From Felis catus (Eukaryota), in contig NC_058369.1 in NCBI RefSeq assembly GCF_018350175.1, forward strand, positions 117,614,001-117,678,000: a stretch of 64,000 bases of DNA. Direction: 5' to 3'. Positions 50,281-63,570 of this stretch are shown here, piece after piece. The position numbers were made by a program, and so were the translations under genes. The notes below the pieces were generated by a model. That model saw only the letters and a program-made list of their open reading frames with translations, was not told where the DNA came from and made no database searches. Within the stretch, counting starts at the first letter, position 1; each line of letters begins with the position of its first letter.

Positions 50281-53200
50281 CATGTGCTATCATCCATGTA
50301 GTATACTATAATATTACTTAATATAATGAATATCTTTTTTGTTCTGTTGCCTCTGAGAATTTGTCAGTTGAACATTGATCTCCACTTAGGAACCAGTAAT
50401 GGCAAGGGTTCTAGAATACGTTTGCATGATGATGTGCACAGAAAAGAAATATTCAAGATGCCGTCTCTGTAGAACCGATCCTAAGACAGTGACGGCCGTG
50501 TCCCAATCATGTCTGGGCATTGCACAGGCACTCAGAAAAATACAGAGGATGTCAGAGACTGTCCCTTTGGTCTAGCATGGAACAGTGTCTTTTCTGAAGA
50601 CAAAACAAAGCAAAAATTCTAGTGACCTCTAACATAAGCCAGAGGCTCCAGTTGGATAACTGAGTAGAATCGGAGGTTATTGTTTCACAAGACTGTCTCT
50701 TGGGAAAAAAAGCGAAGGTTTCTATACCGAAATGGAAAAAACAAATATGTTCTCTCCCAGTGGTTAATAATGTTTTCTTTATTAAGCAAAATGCACACAC
50801 GGTGTTGTTTTCTCCATTGCTTCAAGGTCAGCAGGGCTGGGAGCTGATTAGCAAGAGTCAGTGGTATCTCTCAGGCATAGGAGGACAGGCCAGACGGGAG
50901 GGGAACAGTTTTCAGAACAGCAGACTCTCTTCCACCAGCGAGCTTTGGGCAAGAGAAAGGAGCTCTCGGGACAATTATCAACACAGTAGCAGCCTGGTGG
51001 TTTTCTTCTCCCCCTCTGGGGAGCTATTTTCTTTGCAAAACTACTGTAATTTTAATGGGCTGCCATTCGCTCATTAAAGTCATCTGGGAATTTAGTCAGC
51101 ATACGGACCACAAAATAGAACACTGTATAATGTTTAGGATTTTGTCGTTTAATAAAACATTTTATAAGCTCAGTGTGTACCTATTAACTAATAACTGCCC
51201 TTCCCAGGGCCCAGCCTCTTGCCCTGTGGTCTACAGTGCACTGACTGCTATAGGTGAGTTATGGAGAGATCTTTCCCAAGTTCCCATTCATCTTTATTAT
51301 GATACTCAACTAGCAGATGATGAGTAATCAGTCACTGTTAAATTCTATCCCTGGGAATTTGATCGGGCTTGGCTTCTTATCATTCAAAATCTTTTTGAGG
51401 GCCGTCTCCTTTGGAAAAGGGAGGCCTTGAGCTTCTAATCCTATGGAGGGATTTATTATCTGCTGGGGAGCCACGGCATGTATGGGGGTGCTGGTAATTA
51501 TCACTGATAGAGCAATTCCTAAATGCTGGTCCTTGACCTGATTCCATCATTAGCTCGCAGGACAGATGATAAAAATGGGCATCTCTAGGCGCCAGTCCAG
51601 ACCCGCTGAATTATCCTCAGGGCCAAGGTCCAGAACTGTTTGAAAACCACTGCCCCCATTTTTTTTTCCTGAGATGCAGCCAGATCTGTGAGGCACTCGG
51701 AAAACAGAATACTAAGCATATTGAAAGGCATACACTGCATCCCCATAGTGGAAAAGTTTGCTTTATACAAGAAAAACAAAAGTCAAAGCGCAAACCCTGC
51801 CACGTCTCCAAGCCTAACGACCCATTTAGTAAGAGTTTATCACGAAGGTGAAAATGTGGAAGATGCAACACAACCTATCACCAGGCTTAGAAAACTCAAA
51901 AAAGGCACCAGTTACTGGTAGGCTGTTTTCTTGAAATTTATTACCATTTTTTGAGCACCTGTGTGTCAATTTACTTTCATTTCCAACAGCTATGGGAGAG
52001 GAGGCTTATATAGCCCTAGGTCCCAAATAAAGCATGACTCAACCCTAGGAAAGCACAGGGAGAAAAAGGCGGGGGACTGAGAGCCCAATACTGGGAGGCA
52101 GAGGGTCAGAAGTGTTCAGATAACAGTGGGATGAGCTGGGGGTGCAGCAGGGGGCAAGGACCTACACCAGGGGTGGGTGACGGAATGCATGTGAGAGAAC
52201 TTCCACTCTAACTTGACTGTTCTAATGCCATATTTCTCTTGGCTTTGTCTAGTATCTTTCCACTGTAAATAAACAAATCTCAAGTCAACACGTTAGCTTA
52301 AAATGGGTTGAAAACATAGCACTCTTTTAAGATTGTGCTTAAGAGAAGCAATGATTCTTTTTGCCACCATCCCTACTTTTGCTTCTGATTGGCTGGAGGA
52401 AACACACCCCCCCCCCCCCAGGTTCCCAAGGGAAAAAAATCAGTGAAATGAATTGGGACCCATAGAGCCCAGTTCTACCTGTCCCATGACAATCTACTGT
52501 CAACTGACTCTTGGACCTGACTCTGCTCAGGCACTGTGCTCAATTTTTTGCAAGCATATCATATGTGTTCTTCCCAAATGCCTTATAAGCTAGGTGTTAT
52601 TGTCCTCCCCATTTGAGAGATGGGGAAAGGGAAGCTTAGGGGAGGTAAATAATTTGCCAAAGTTGTAGCCGCAATATTTTAGTCAAGCTACACTTCTAGA
52701 TTCAAACAATACCATCTGGGGCACTGCAAGCTGTCAAGCGTTCTTTCCTAGTGAGGGGAATAGCCAAGAAAAAAGAAAAAAAATGTTATCTGCAGCAAAA
52801 ACGTTCTTCTCCTGTTAACCAAAACCTTCCAAGGAAAACCAAGCCAGTTTGTGGTAGACAGAAATAGTAAAATACTTATTTAGAACACGAACTGCTTTCA
52901 CCCAGTCGATTTGCAGAGGAGTTTTGCAGTCCATCTATGACCCACTCCATCTCCCCCATCCCACTCCTGCCCCTCGACAAATACAAAATTAGAATAAAGA
53001 CGAAGAAATAAAAATATATTTGCTTTTCCTCAAACAACAAGCTTTTTCCTAGAACTTGTCTTCTCTGAAAGTGAAGCCCTCCCAGGAAGCATCTAAGATC
53101 TTGGGCCCCTTCACAAAGGGTTGACGATTCAGGATTCAGCCCCCTGCATTCCTTGGACAGCTTTTCTGCAGGGAATCCCACCCACACTTGAGATTTCTCT

Positions 53201-54328
53201 CAACTTCTCCGTCCTGGATTCTTCACGTCAGAGAATATCGACATTCAGGAGGAGGCAAATTTGAGTCTGCTGGAGTTTCTAAGAAGCTAGCTATGATCCC
53301 GCAGCACATCAAAGAAGCTGACATTTGCCCTGCACAGACCCTTCATGCCCTTTCCAAAAAGCACGCACCCACTTTCTATGACGATTAGGATCGATACTTA
53401 GTGAGCAGTGACAATGCACCCTGAACAATGAGACACACAAAAGCTCCTTTACCTTCCACCCAGCGCCCAGTGCCCTGCAGATAAAAATAACAATAGCTGT
53501 CACTCACAATAGTGCCCTGACCACAGTCCAGATCCTACGCTAACAAACTGGCAGCTAATCTTTATGACAACTTTAACAGGTGAGAAGACATAGGTGTCCC
53601 CATCTTACAGATGGGAAAACCAACACTCAGAACATTACCAAGCTGGTAAATGGATGTGCTAAGAACAGCAGGTTCCAAAGCCCAAGCTCTTAACCGGTAT
53701 ACTGTAAGTTCTCCTAATGTTTGGTTACTGTTCTTGGCTGGAACAGAGGAAACTGTGGTACACATTTCTTATTCAACTTATCTCCCATCTTGTTTTTGGT
53801 TGAACTAATAAATATTTTTTAAAGAGAGTCAACAAGATGGAAAAAACATATGTGATTCAAGAGTCTCTGAAGATTCTACTGATAGCATGATTTGCAGTCG
53901 TTCCTCCTGGAGGCTTCTCCTTTAGGCAGGCATTGCAAACATGGTAGAAAGGGAGATAGACAAGTCAGAGAGGGGTGGGAAACACCACCGAAAATGCAGA
54001 TCTCCTTCACAGACAGTCAGAACTATTCCAATAAAGTGTAATGAAATCATTGAACAGGATGCGAAGTGGGATTCAAGTGGCCTGTTATCTTCTTCTCTAC
54101 AGATGTCTTTCTTCCAACATGACATTCCCACGTCTGGGTCAAGATGAGGAAAAAGAGACATTGCAAGGAGCCTTATAAGATTGCATTTGTTTACTTTAGA
54201 TGGTTATTCTTTATTCTGAAATTGTTTTCTTCTCTTTTTTTAGTGTTATAATACCCTTTCTTCTAAGAAAGTGATAGAAAATGTTCATTTTCTTTTTCTT
54301 TCTCTCTTTTTAAAAATTGTCTTTATAT

Positions 54329-54572
54329 GGGGCGCCTGGGTGGCTCAGTCGGTTGAGCATCCGACTTTGGCTCAGGTCATGATCTCACGGTTCGTGGGTT
54401 CGAGCCCTGCATCAGGCTCTGTGCTGACTGCTTGCTCAGAGCCTGGAGCCTGCTTCAGATTCTGTGTCTCCTTCTCTCTCTGCCCCTCCCCTGCTCATGC
54501 TTTGTCTCACTCTGTTTCTTAAAAATAAATAAATATAAAAAAAAAATTTTTTTTAAAGATGTACATTAAAAA
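54329..54572 (+). mobile_element. Felid CAN-SINE
   Basis: TSD aaaaattgtctt at 54312 and 54573. Confidence 0.95.
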
Positions 54573-55079
54573 AAAAATTGTCTTCATTTGACCAAATAAA
54601 GAGTTGGCTACCTAGTGTCCATTGAAAACACGAAACAAAACTACTTTTTAAAACTTTTTACTTACTCGAGAAAGTCTTGGGATAACTGCTTCTGAGTCTT
54701 CTCATTTTTTCTGATCAGTATGGATTATTTTGTAAAAACTAATAAAAAATTATTTTGAAAGAAATAAACCATAAAATTTAGGGGAATCACATATACATAC
54801 CTATCCTCCTTCCTATAACTTTATTTTTTTTTATTTTGTCTTCATCCATCCATGTCTGATTCTTTGTATTACTTACTATCCCTGATGGAAGAGTGTAGAA
54901 AAAGCAAGGTTTCTCGGCGACATTGAGAGGTTTTGGTGACAAGGGAATAATTAGATGCACCAGTGGATAAAGTGAAATTTAACAAAATAATAATTTAAAA
55001 TTATTTGTTATGAAACCATAAAAAATTTGTTTGTTGAGCAACAAAAGATATTCCTTCTTGGTAGCAGAAGTAAAAGTTT

Positions 55080-55219
55080 TAAATATATGTATATTATATA
55101 CATTATATATATGAATAAATATTTATATATTATATTATAAATAAATATTTATAAATAAATATATATAACTAAAATATATATTAAACAAATAAATATATAA
55201 ATATATATAATATATATAA

Positions 55220-55261
<42 letters not shown>

Positions 55262-55262
55262 T
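55080..55262. repeat. AT-rich low-complexity tract with (TA)n
   Basis: Directly visible. Confidence 0.9.
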
Positions 55263-55844
55263 TCTACCAAAGTTTGGGCTGCAGCAAATAGTGTTATACA
55301 TTTGAAAATAAAAAAAAAATCTGCAGCAAATGATCTGACCTCATGGAAGATAGCCCTGACACTCAACAAACAAAACCTCTATTGTGAACAGACTCTATTT
55401 CAAGAGCAGACTGATGGGGGATTTGGCAAAATGGAGTTTAGGCTTAGACTAATTTCACATGCTAATGAGAATCTCTGGATAAAAGCTGCTTTATAATGGG
55501 TACTAACCATTTGGCAGATTAACAAGAGTCAGACCAAACAGAGCAGGAATTAGTCATGTTTGTCATAAGACCATATGGCTGGAAGAAAACTGGGAGAGTG
55601 TGGATTTTAGCCTGGCCTGGAGGGGTTTTTTGGGCATAAGATAGTTTAAGAATCCCAGGCAAATCAGAATATCACACAAGGTTCATGTGTAACCTCTTGT
55701 AAGTCTTTTCAGCCTCTTACAATTCTTTTGTAGCCATCAAATCAGATGCTAGAGTTTGTGTTCCTTCCTTTTCCTTTGGGGCAGAATCCCTGCCCCAGAT
55801 GGAAAACACGTGGCAAGGAAAAGAATGCAGGTTTTAGAGGTGTA

Positions 55845-55992
55845 CTAATATGGCACATGTGGCCATTCCAACTTAAACTTCAGTCGTAATAGCCACATTT
55901 CAATAGCCACATGTGGCTTGTGTCTGCCATATTGAACAGCGCAAATACAGAACATTTCCATCATTGTAGAAGGTTCTAATGGACAGCTCTGC
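55845..55992. mobile_element. MER3-like hAT fragment
   Basis: tagccacatttcaatagccacatgtggc...gaacatttccatcattgtagaaggttctaatggacagc. Confidence 0.75.
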
Positions 55993-56689
55993 TCTACAGT
56001 CAAAGAGCCCACTACCATGAACTTGAGCCTCACTCAATATCCTTATCTGAAAAATTAGGGAACTAATAATATCTGTCTCACAGGAATGTTAGGAGAATCC
56101 AAAGTATATAAAAGTTCTTTGGAAGCTATAAAACAAATGTTAGCTATTTTGATGATGATGATGATGATGAATGACTTCTACAGAGGAAGCCTCCATATAG
56201 TTAGAAATCATAAGCAATCTCATGCTTCACTCAGAGTACACAAGTCCAAGTCATGAGGGGTTTTTCTGCCTCCAAATTTATGCTCTCTCTTTCTTCTTCT
56301 AAGTTTCTCCTTTACTTCATGACTAAGGACAAAGAACTAGACAATGTTTAAGTGAAAAGGTCCTAGAATCCTATTTGAATACTAATGAGGTATGAATACT
56401 AAGCTTAAAAAAAAACACCCATCAAACATAATTTGTAGTATACAACTTATCTAGTGTTTCCCAAGCTAATGTCACCAATCCCAAGGAGCCTTTGGAAGTC
56501 TAAGGAATGAGCAGAGCAGGGCAGATTAGGGGAAGGGTGCATGGCAGGTAAGGGGGTGTCAGAGAGACTGCCATTACCACAAAAGTTTTCCCAGAAGTTT
56601 TATGGTTTCCAAGATAAGGCTACCTAGGCCAGTTGACGTATAAAGTGTCGGTTTTGTCTGAAATGATATTAATTCAATCCAATAATTTT

Positions 56690-56780
56690 TGGTGGAACCA
56701 TAATTTTTTGGTGGAGCCATTGCCATTTTTGGAGATCAAAAATAGTCAAACGCTAACAATTCTAGACGTTCAGCCTAGTA
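56690..56780. mobile_element. MADE2-like mariner MITE
   Basis: ggtggaacca...attgccatttttggagatcaaaaatagtcaaa...gttcagcctagta. Confidence 0.55.
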
Positions 56781-57143
56781 CTATCTCAATTTGACCCATA
56801 ATACAGGGGCCAGGAGTTCAGATTTCAATCAACAGACACACCAGGGTTTGAATCTCATTCTGCCACTGAATAATTGTGTTTTTCTGGGAAATTAATAGAA
56901 TAATGGGAAAAACAAATGCAATTTGCAGATCAAATCTTTTGAAACACTGGGTTGATGAGAAAAGAAAATAATGAAGTGCTTTCAGTTGGCTGAAAGTTTG
57001 AGACCACGGATATATAACCTTCTCAAGGTAGGGCTATTAATTGGCCACATACCACCTAGTTCAGGCAACTTTAATCATGTAGAACAGAGAGTAATAAAGA
57101 TAAGTAAGCAAAAGAGATCTCCTTAAAACAAGAGCAACTTATT

Positions 57144-57322
57144 AGGGTGCCCGCGTGGCTCAGTGGTTGAGCATTCAACTCCTAGTTTTGGCTCAGGTCA
57201 TGATCCCAGGGTCATGAGATCGAGCCCAGCACAAGGCTCTGCACTGAGTGTGGAGCCTGCTTACGTTCTTCTCTCTCCATCTACCCCTCCCCTCTGCTTG
57301 TGCTCTCACTCTCTTTCTGTCT

Positions 57323-57366
<44 letters not shown>
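57144..57366 (+). mobile_element. Older carnivore SINE with (AG)n tail
   Basis: gtggctcagtggttgagcatt...ggctcaggtcatgatccc; flanks agagcaacttatta / agagacttatca. Confidence 0.9.
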
Positions 57367-57370
<4 letters not shown>

Positions 57371-58199
57371 TCAAAATCCCTTGCCCCTCCTGCCTCAAGC
57401 ATGATAAAAAGCACCTTCAAGTTTGTCTAAGGCAATTGCACATGAAAAGCTACACCGATGGCAGAAAGACAAGGTATTAAGTGCAAAAGCCAGCAGAGAG
57501 ATAAACAAAGCAACAGAACTGTCAAGAGGCTCTTGGTCTTGACCTTCTTCATGATCTGACCATATTAGGACATTGCTTCACCATATTATAATAATTTTAA
57601 TATTATTGAGAAAGCAGAAATGTGTACTGTACTTTCAGGGTATTTCTAAGTAAAAAACAAATCCCTGCACTAAAACTATGGTGCAGATAAGGGTGACCCA
57701 ATACCTTCTGTGGACCAGGAAGGCCGGAGGATAGGGGCTGCCTCCAGAAACACTTGCCCATCACAGGCACGCGTGATGCCTGGGAGCAGGTCTGTGTCGG
57801 CACCGAAAGAGAGGAAAACCAAACCAGGTTGTTCAGACCAAGGCAGAGAGAGAACAGTGGCTAAGACACAGGATCCAAAACACCAGAAGGAGAAGTTGGA
57901 GAACAACGAATCTGAGAGAAAACAAAAAACAAAAAAAAACAGAGCAGACAACCAATAAAAGGGCTAGATGAAATGATGAAATGTACATACCTGGAGTGGG
58001 TTTAATACAAATGGACAAACAAACAGGATCCCTTTGAAGGGACAAAAAGGGATGAACTTCTTTGAGCAGAAAAACTCCCAGATAGGAATGCCTCATCTCA
58101 AGTCACGGTAACTAAATTCTAGCTCATTACTGGAAATGAAGAAAACGGTTTTAATTTTAAACAATAGCCTAATAGGTCCTCAGACCAGCTGTTTCTGTG

Positions 58200-58445
58200 A
58201 TAAAAGAACACCGGATCCAGATCCACACAAACCAGAGTCACTTGGCTCACCGTTTATTAGCTTTGTGCCCAAGGGCACGTGTCTGAATCTCTGTGAACTT
58301 CAGTTTCTCATCTTTAAAACAGGAGCAATCATACCACCTTCCCAGCATTGTGGTAAAGACCATACGAAGCCACACATCCTGGGAAGTGCTGGGGTCGTAC
58401 TTGGTATTTAGTAGGTATGTAAGTAAGGTTTACTCAGTAAACGTT
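58200..58445 (+). mobile_element. MIR remnant
   Basis: aatctctgtgaacttcagtttctcatctttaaaacagg. Confidence 0.7.
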
Positions 58446-61431
58446 GGATCTCTTCTCTTCTCCACAGCGACGGTGATTTATTAGCAACTGGAACAACGAT
58501 GTATAGATTTTCTCCGTTACATGTGTGCTTAGTCAGTTATTCCCCTTTTGTACCTGCTGGCCATACATCCCTTCCTAAGAAGGCTGCTCTGTTTACTCTT
58601 CCAAAGCAATGTGAATTGCAACCTTCACTTTGAGACTTACTTGGAATGAATATCGGAGCCTTATTTTGGGTCTCAGTGTTGATAGCATCCTTCAGAAGGA
58701 TGTCAACACCAGAAAGATTTTATTGTCAGCTGACAGTGGCAGGGGAAAGAAATCCGCAAAAAGCAAGAGTCACCTCCCCCCACACCTGCCAAAGAAACAC
58801 AAAGCCCAAAGCTGCAGCCCTCAGTCTCCCAGCGTGAGCAGCTGCTCTGGGGCCCAGCACTTCCCCCGGCTGCTTCTTCACCCTCCAGTGCAGCCCCTGA
58901 TGGGTCGCCTCCTGCCTTTGGTCTCCACACTTATCAGGAGCAGACATCTGCAACCATGTCTTCAGGGACCACCCAGAGGGCAGCCAGAGAACCCTGGGGC
59001 TCCCCGCGAATTTGCAGAAAGGTCAAGAGTCACTTGTCAGCCAACCAGCTCCCTGAAAGCATCTCAGAGAGACCCGGTGGAAAGGTCATCTTAAGATAGT
59101 GACAGGGCACAGCTTGAGGGGGGGGAAGAAGAATTTCTTTTTTAAGTAGCAAAAAGTACGTCTGTTTCTGGCTCAGCTTAGACTCTGGAGTCTGATTTTT
59201 ATTTCCATGGCATTTCCTTGGCTTTTCCAATTCATGTCTAAATCACAGAATGTGTCCATTGTGCACTTCTGGCCTTGCATATATGTGCCACGAAGCACAA
59301 CGCCGCATATGCATTTTCTCACTTCATTAAACGTTGCTTTAAAATGGCATCCAAATGTCCGCTCTTCCCATCACATCTAGAGGAGGTTGTGTTACCTTCC
59401 CCCCACTCTCCCACCAGTGAGAACAGAGGGAACGCCTAAGTCACAAGCTGCGGTGTTGAATATTTTTCAAGTTTGCATGTCCGACTTTGTAGGCTGATTA
59501 TCAGGACAGCCGTGCCACTGCAAGCGATGGCCCTCACGGGCCTGGGCCAGGGCCACTGGCCTTGCAAATCTCCAGCCTCCACTGCAGCAGCTGAAACTGG
59601 CCTAAGCCCCAGGGAGCCCTTTCCACTTCAGTGGGTGAGGTGCTGACNNNNNNNNNNNNNNNNNNNNNNNNNNNNNNNNNNNNNNNNNNNNNNNNNNNNN
59701 NNNNNNNNNNNNNNNNNNNNNNNNNNNNNNNNNNNNNNNNNNNNNNNNNNNNNNNNNNNNNNNNNNNNNNNNNNNNNNNNNNNNNNNNNNNNNNNNNNNN
59801 NNNNNNNNNNNNNNNNNNNAAATTCATGCTATCATTAAAAGCTGAGCAATAGAACTTTATCATCTATTGATGCAAAAATTTGACTGAGTTTTCTTACTTA
59901 GAAAAAGAAAACGAAAAAGAAAAAATTCACCTGGGGAAGCTTTCGCGTCTTCCTTAACTCTTAGCCAGTGTTTGAAGGTATGGTGGTTTAGATGTTCCAC
60001 AGGGGTTTGAAAGGAGTTCTGGAGCCCTGGCTTCCAGAGTGACCAATGTTGAGTGTGTTAAACAGTTATTTTACTTGGATCCCCGAGTAAGTGCTTTAGT
60101 TTACCAACCACCCAATGCTGTGTGACCTCTTAGATACAGAGCCAACTGACTCCAACTTTTTTGAGTCTACCTCCTCTAACATGGTAAGTGAGAGAATCTC
60201 CAATACCGTGATCCGTAACCTCTAAGGGCCTAAAAGTTGATAAAGAAAACAGTAAACAAAATACTAGCTAGATCATTCCATGGCCTCTGGTCCTTTGAAG
60301 ACAAACCTTAGGAAAATACCTCTCAAGCTTACTAGAAGTCTGATTAAACTCACAACTCAGTAAGCCCTAGAGATTCTGTGGCTATATTAGGATTGCAAGA
60401 ACTCAGAGACTTTCAGCACAAATCTTGAAACCAGACTGAAATATCTAAGTCTATATCTGTATCTATATCTATAGATAATTGTATCATTCTTTTCTTTCAT
60501 TCTATTACTATGAGGTATCATAATGATTGGTTTGTATATATTGAGCCATTCTTACATCCCAGGGATAAATCCTACTTGGTCAAGGTGAATGACTCTTTTA
60601 ATGCGCTGCTGAATTTGGTTTGCTAGGATTTTACTGAGACTTTTTCCTCTATATTCATCAGAGATCTTGGCCTGTAGTAGTGTCCTTTTCTGGTTTTAGT
60701 ATCAGGATAATACTGAGCTTATAAATGAGTTTGGGAGGGTTCCCTCCTCTTTAATTTTTTGGTAGTACTGGAGAAGGATTGGTGTTATTTCTTTTTCAAA
60801 TGTTTGGTAAAATTCATCAGTGAGGCCATCTGGTCCTGGGCTTTTCTTTTTTGGGAGACTCTGATCTCTGATTCAATCTCCTTGCTAACGATTGGTTTGC
60901 TCAGATTTTCTCTTTATTCCTGACTCAGTCTTGGTAAGTTTATGTTTCTAAGAACTTTTTGATTTCTTCTAGATCGTGCAGTTTGTTGTTACATAGTTGT
61001 TCATAGAAGCATCTTAATGATGCTTTGAATGTCTGTGGTATTAGTTGTCTCCTTTTTCATTTATAATTTTGTTGATTTGGGTCTTTTCTCTTTTTTCCTT
61101 GATTGGTCTAGCTAAGGGTTTGTCAATTTTGTTTATGTTTTCAAAGAACTGACTCTTAGTTTGGTTCATTTTTTCTCTTGTTTTTTCTGTTCTCCATTTT
61201 ATTTATTTCTGCTCTAATTTTTATTAGTTTTTCTTTTTCTTAGGCTCAGTTTATTTCTTAAGGTATAGATCTAGGTTGTGTATTGGGGATCTTTCTTGCT
61301 TCTTAAAGTAGGTATTCATTCCTGTGAACCTCCCTCTTAGAACTGCTTTGGCTACATCCCACAAGTTCTGGTACATCGTGTTTCCATTTTTTGTTTGTCT
61401 TAAGAAACTTTTTTATTTCCCCTTTAATTTT

Positions 61432-62220
61432 TTATTTGACCCTCTGATTGTTCAGGAGAATGTTGTTTAATTTCCATGTGAACATAAATTTTTCAGTTTT
61501 TCTTTTATTGATGTTTAGTTTCATGCTGTTGTGGCCAAGAAAAGCTATTTGGTATNNNNNNNNNNNNNNNNNNNNNNNNNNNNNNNNNNNNNNNNNNNNN
61601 NNNNNNNNNNNNNNNNNNNNNNNNNNNNNNNNNNNNNNNNNNNNNNNNNNNNNNNNNNNNNNNNNNNNNNNNNNNNNNNNNNNNNNNNNNGTACATTGGC
61701 CTATAACATTGTTCAAATCCACTGTATTTTTATTGATTCTGTCTGGGTGGTCTATGCATGCATTGTTGAAAAAGGGGTATTAATGTCTCCAACTATTATT
61801 GTATTACTGTTTGTTTCTCCTTTTAGCTCTGCTAGTGTTTGCTTTATATATTTAGGTGCTCCTATGTCAAATGCATAAATATTTACAATTGTCATATCTT
61901 CTTGATGTATTGACCTCTTTATTATTATAAAATGACCTTCTTTGTCTCTTTCTATCATCTTTCTATCATTTTAAATTTAAAGTCTATTTTATCTGATATA
62001 AATATAGCTACACTGCTTTTTTTTTTCTTTTGTCACCATTTGCTTGAAATGACTTTTCCCACCCATTCACTCTCATTCTATGTGTGTCTTTAAGGCTAAA
62101 GTGAGTCTCTTATAGGCAATGTATTGTTGGATCTTGTTTTTTAATCCATTCAGCCATTCTATGTCTTTTGAATGGAGAATTTAATCCATTTGCATTTAAA
62201 GTAATTATTGACAGGTAAGG
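61432..62220 (-). pseudogene. L1 ORF2p endonuclease domain remnant
   Basis: ORFs 61752-61958 and 61432-61722 (WKLNNILLNNQRVK). Confidence 0.85.
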
Positions 62221-62699
62221 TCTTACTATTTCCATTTTGCTAATTGTTCTCTGGTTGCTCTATAGACCTGTTATTCCTTGTTTCTTACCCTGCTGTCTTT
62301 TTTGTGTTTTGTGTCTTTGATATCAGTATGCTTTGAAACTTTTATCATGTTCTTTTGTGTAATTACTACAAGATTTTCCCTTATGGGTATCATGAGGCAA
62401 ACATAAGCTATCTTAAAGTTATAACGCTCTATATTACACTAACAACTTAACTTGAATAGGATTCAGATACTTCATGTGTTTACTTCTCCCCCTCACATTT
62501 CAGGTTATTGCTGTTACAATGTACATGTTTTTTATATTGTGTAACTAGTAAGAGATCATTGTATTCATGTTTATTTTTGCTACGTTCATTTTTTATTAAC
62601 TTTTAAACTACATTTGTGAGTTATGCACCTCATTACCATATGTCAGAATCTAACTATGACTATATATTTACCATTACCAATGATACGTATGCTACCTTT

Positions 62700-63570
62700 T
62701 GAGTTTTTATGTTGTTAATTAGTGTTCTTTTACTTCCACTCAAATAACTCCCTTTAGAATTTCTTATAAGGCAGGTCTGGTGGTAACAAACTCCCTCAGC
62801 TTTTGTTTGTTCAGAAAAGTCTTTATCCCTCCTTTGTTTCTGAAGGACAGCTTCAATGGGTATAGAATGCCTTGGTTGACAGTTCTTTTCTTTCAATATT
62901 TTGAATATGGCATCCCATTTTCTTCTGACCTGAAAAGTTTCTGTTGAAAAATCTGCTGTCTTTCAGGGGTTCCCTTATGTGTAACTTCTCTCTTTTCTCT
63001 TGCTGTTCTCAAAATTCTTTCTATGTCTTTGAGTTTTGACAATTTAATTATAATGTGTCTCAGTGTAGCCCAATTCAGATTCAATCTACTTGGGATCCTT
63101 TGGGTCTCATGGATCTGCATGTCCATTTCTCTCCCCAGGTTTAGGATGTTTCAGCCACTATTGCTTAAATATGCTTTCTGTTCCTTTCTCTTTTTCTTTT
63201 TCTTCTCCTTCTGGAATTCCCATACTGCAAATACTATTTCTTTTCATCGTGTCCCAGAATATTCATAGGCTTTCTTCAATGTTTTGTTTTGTTTTGTTTT
63301 GTTTTGCTCCTCTGACTAGGTAATTTTCAATGTCCTAATTTTCAGGTTGCTGATCCTTCTGCATGTTTGAGCCTACTTGTGAAATTTCTCACTTTAGTTA
63401 CTGTATTTTTTAACTCTAGGATTTCTATTTGTTTAATGGTTGCTATTTTCTTGTCAAATCTCATTTGGTTCATACATTGTTTTTCAAATTCTTTTTAGTT
63501 GTCTGTGTTCTCCTATAGTTCTCTAAACCTTCTTAAGAGGATTATTCTGAATTCCTTGTCTGACTATTTA
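62700..63570 (-). pseudogene. L1 ORF1p remnant
   Basis: ORFs 62893-63126 and 62660-62896, frameshifted. Confidence 0.8.

Larger units (their letters stand above)
27618..61690. other. Seven N-runs: 27618-27772, 30273-30404, 34579-34807, 38523-38686, 39705-39852, 59648-59819, 61556-61690
   Basis: Lengths 155, 132, 229, 164, 148, 172 and 135 nt. Confidence 0.97.

Noticed and set aside
58630-59094. 154-aa ORF
   Set aside because: No recognisable homology or supported splice context; start codon is not ATG.
27618-59819. N-runs as precisely masked coding exons
   Set aside because: Flanks do not show consistent AG/GT (or AC/CT) splice dinucleotides, and two of the seven runs lie inside transposons.
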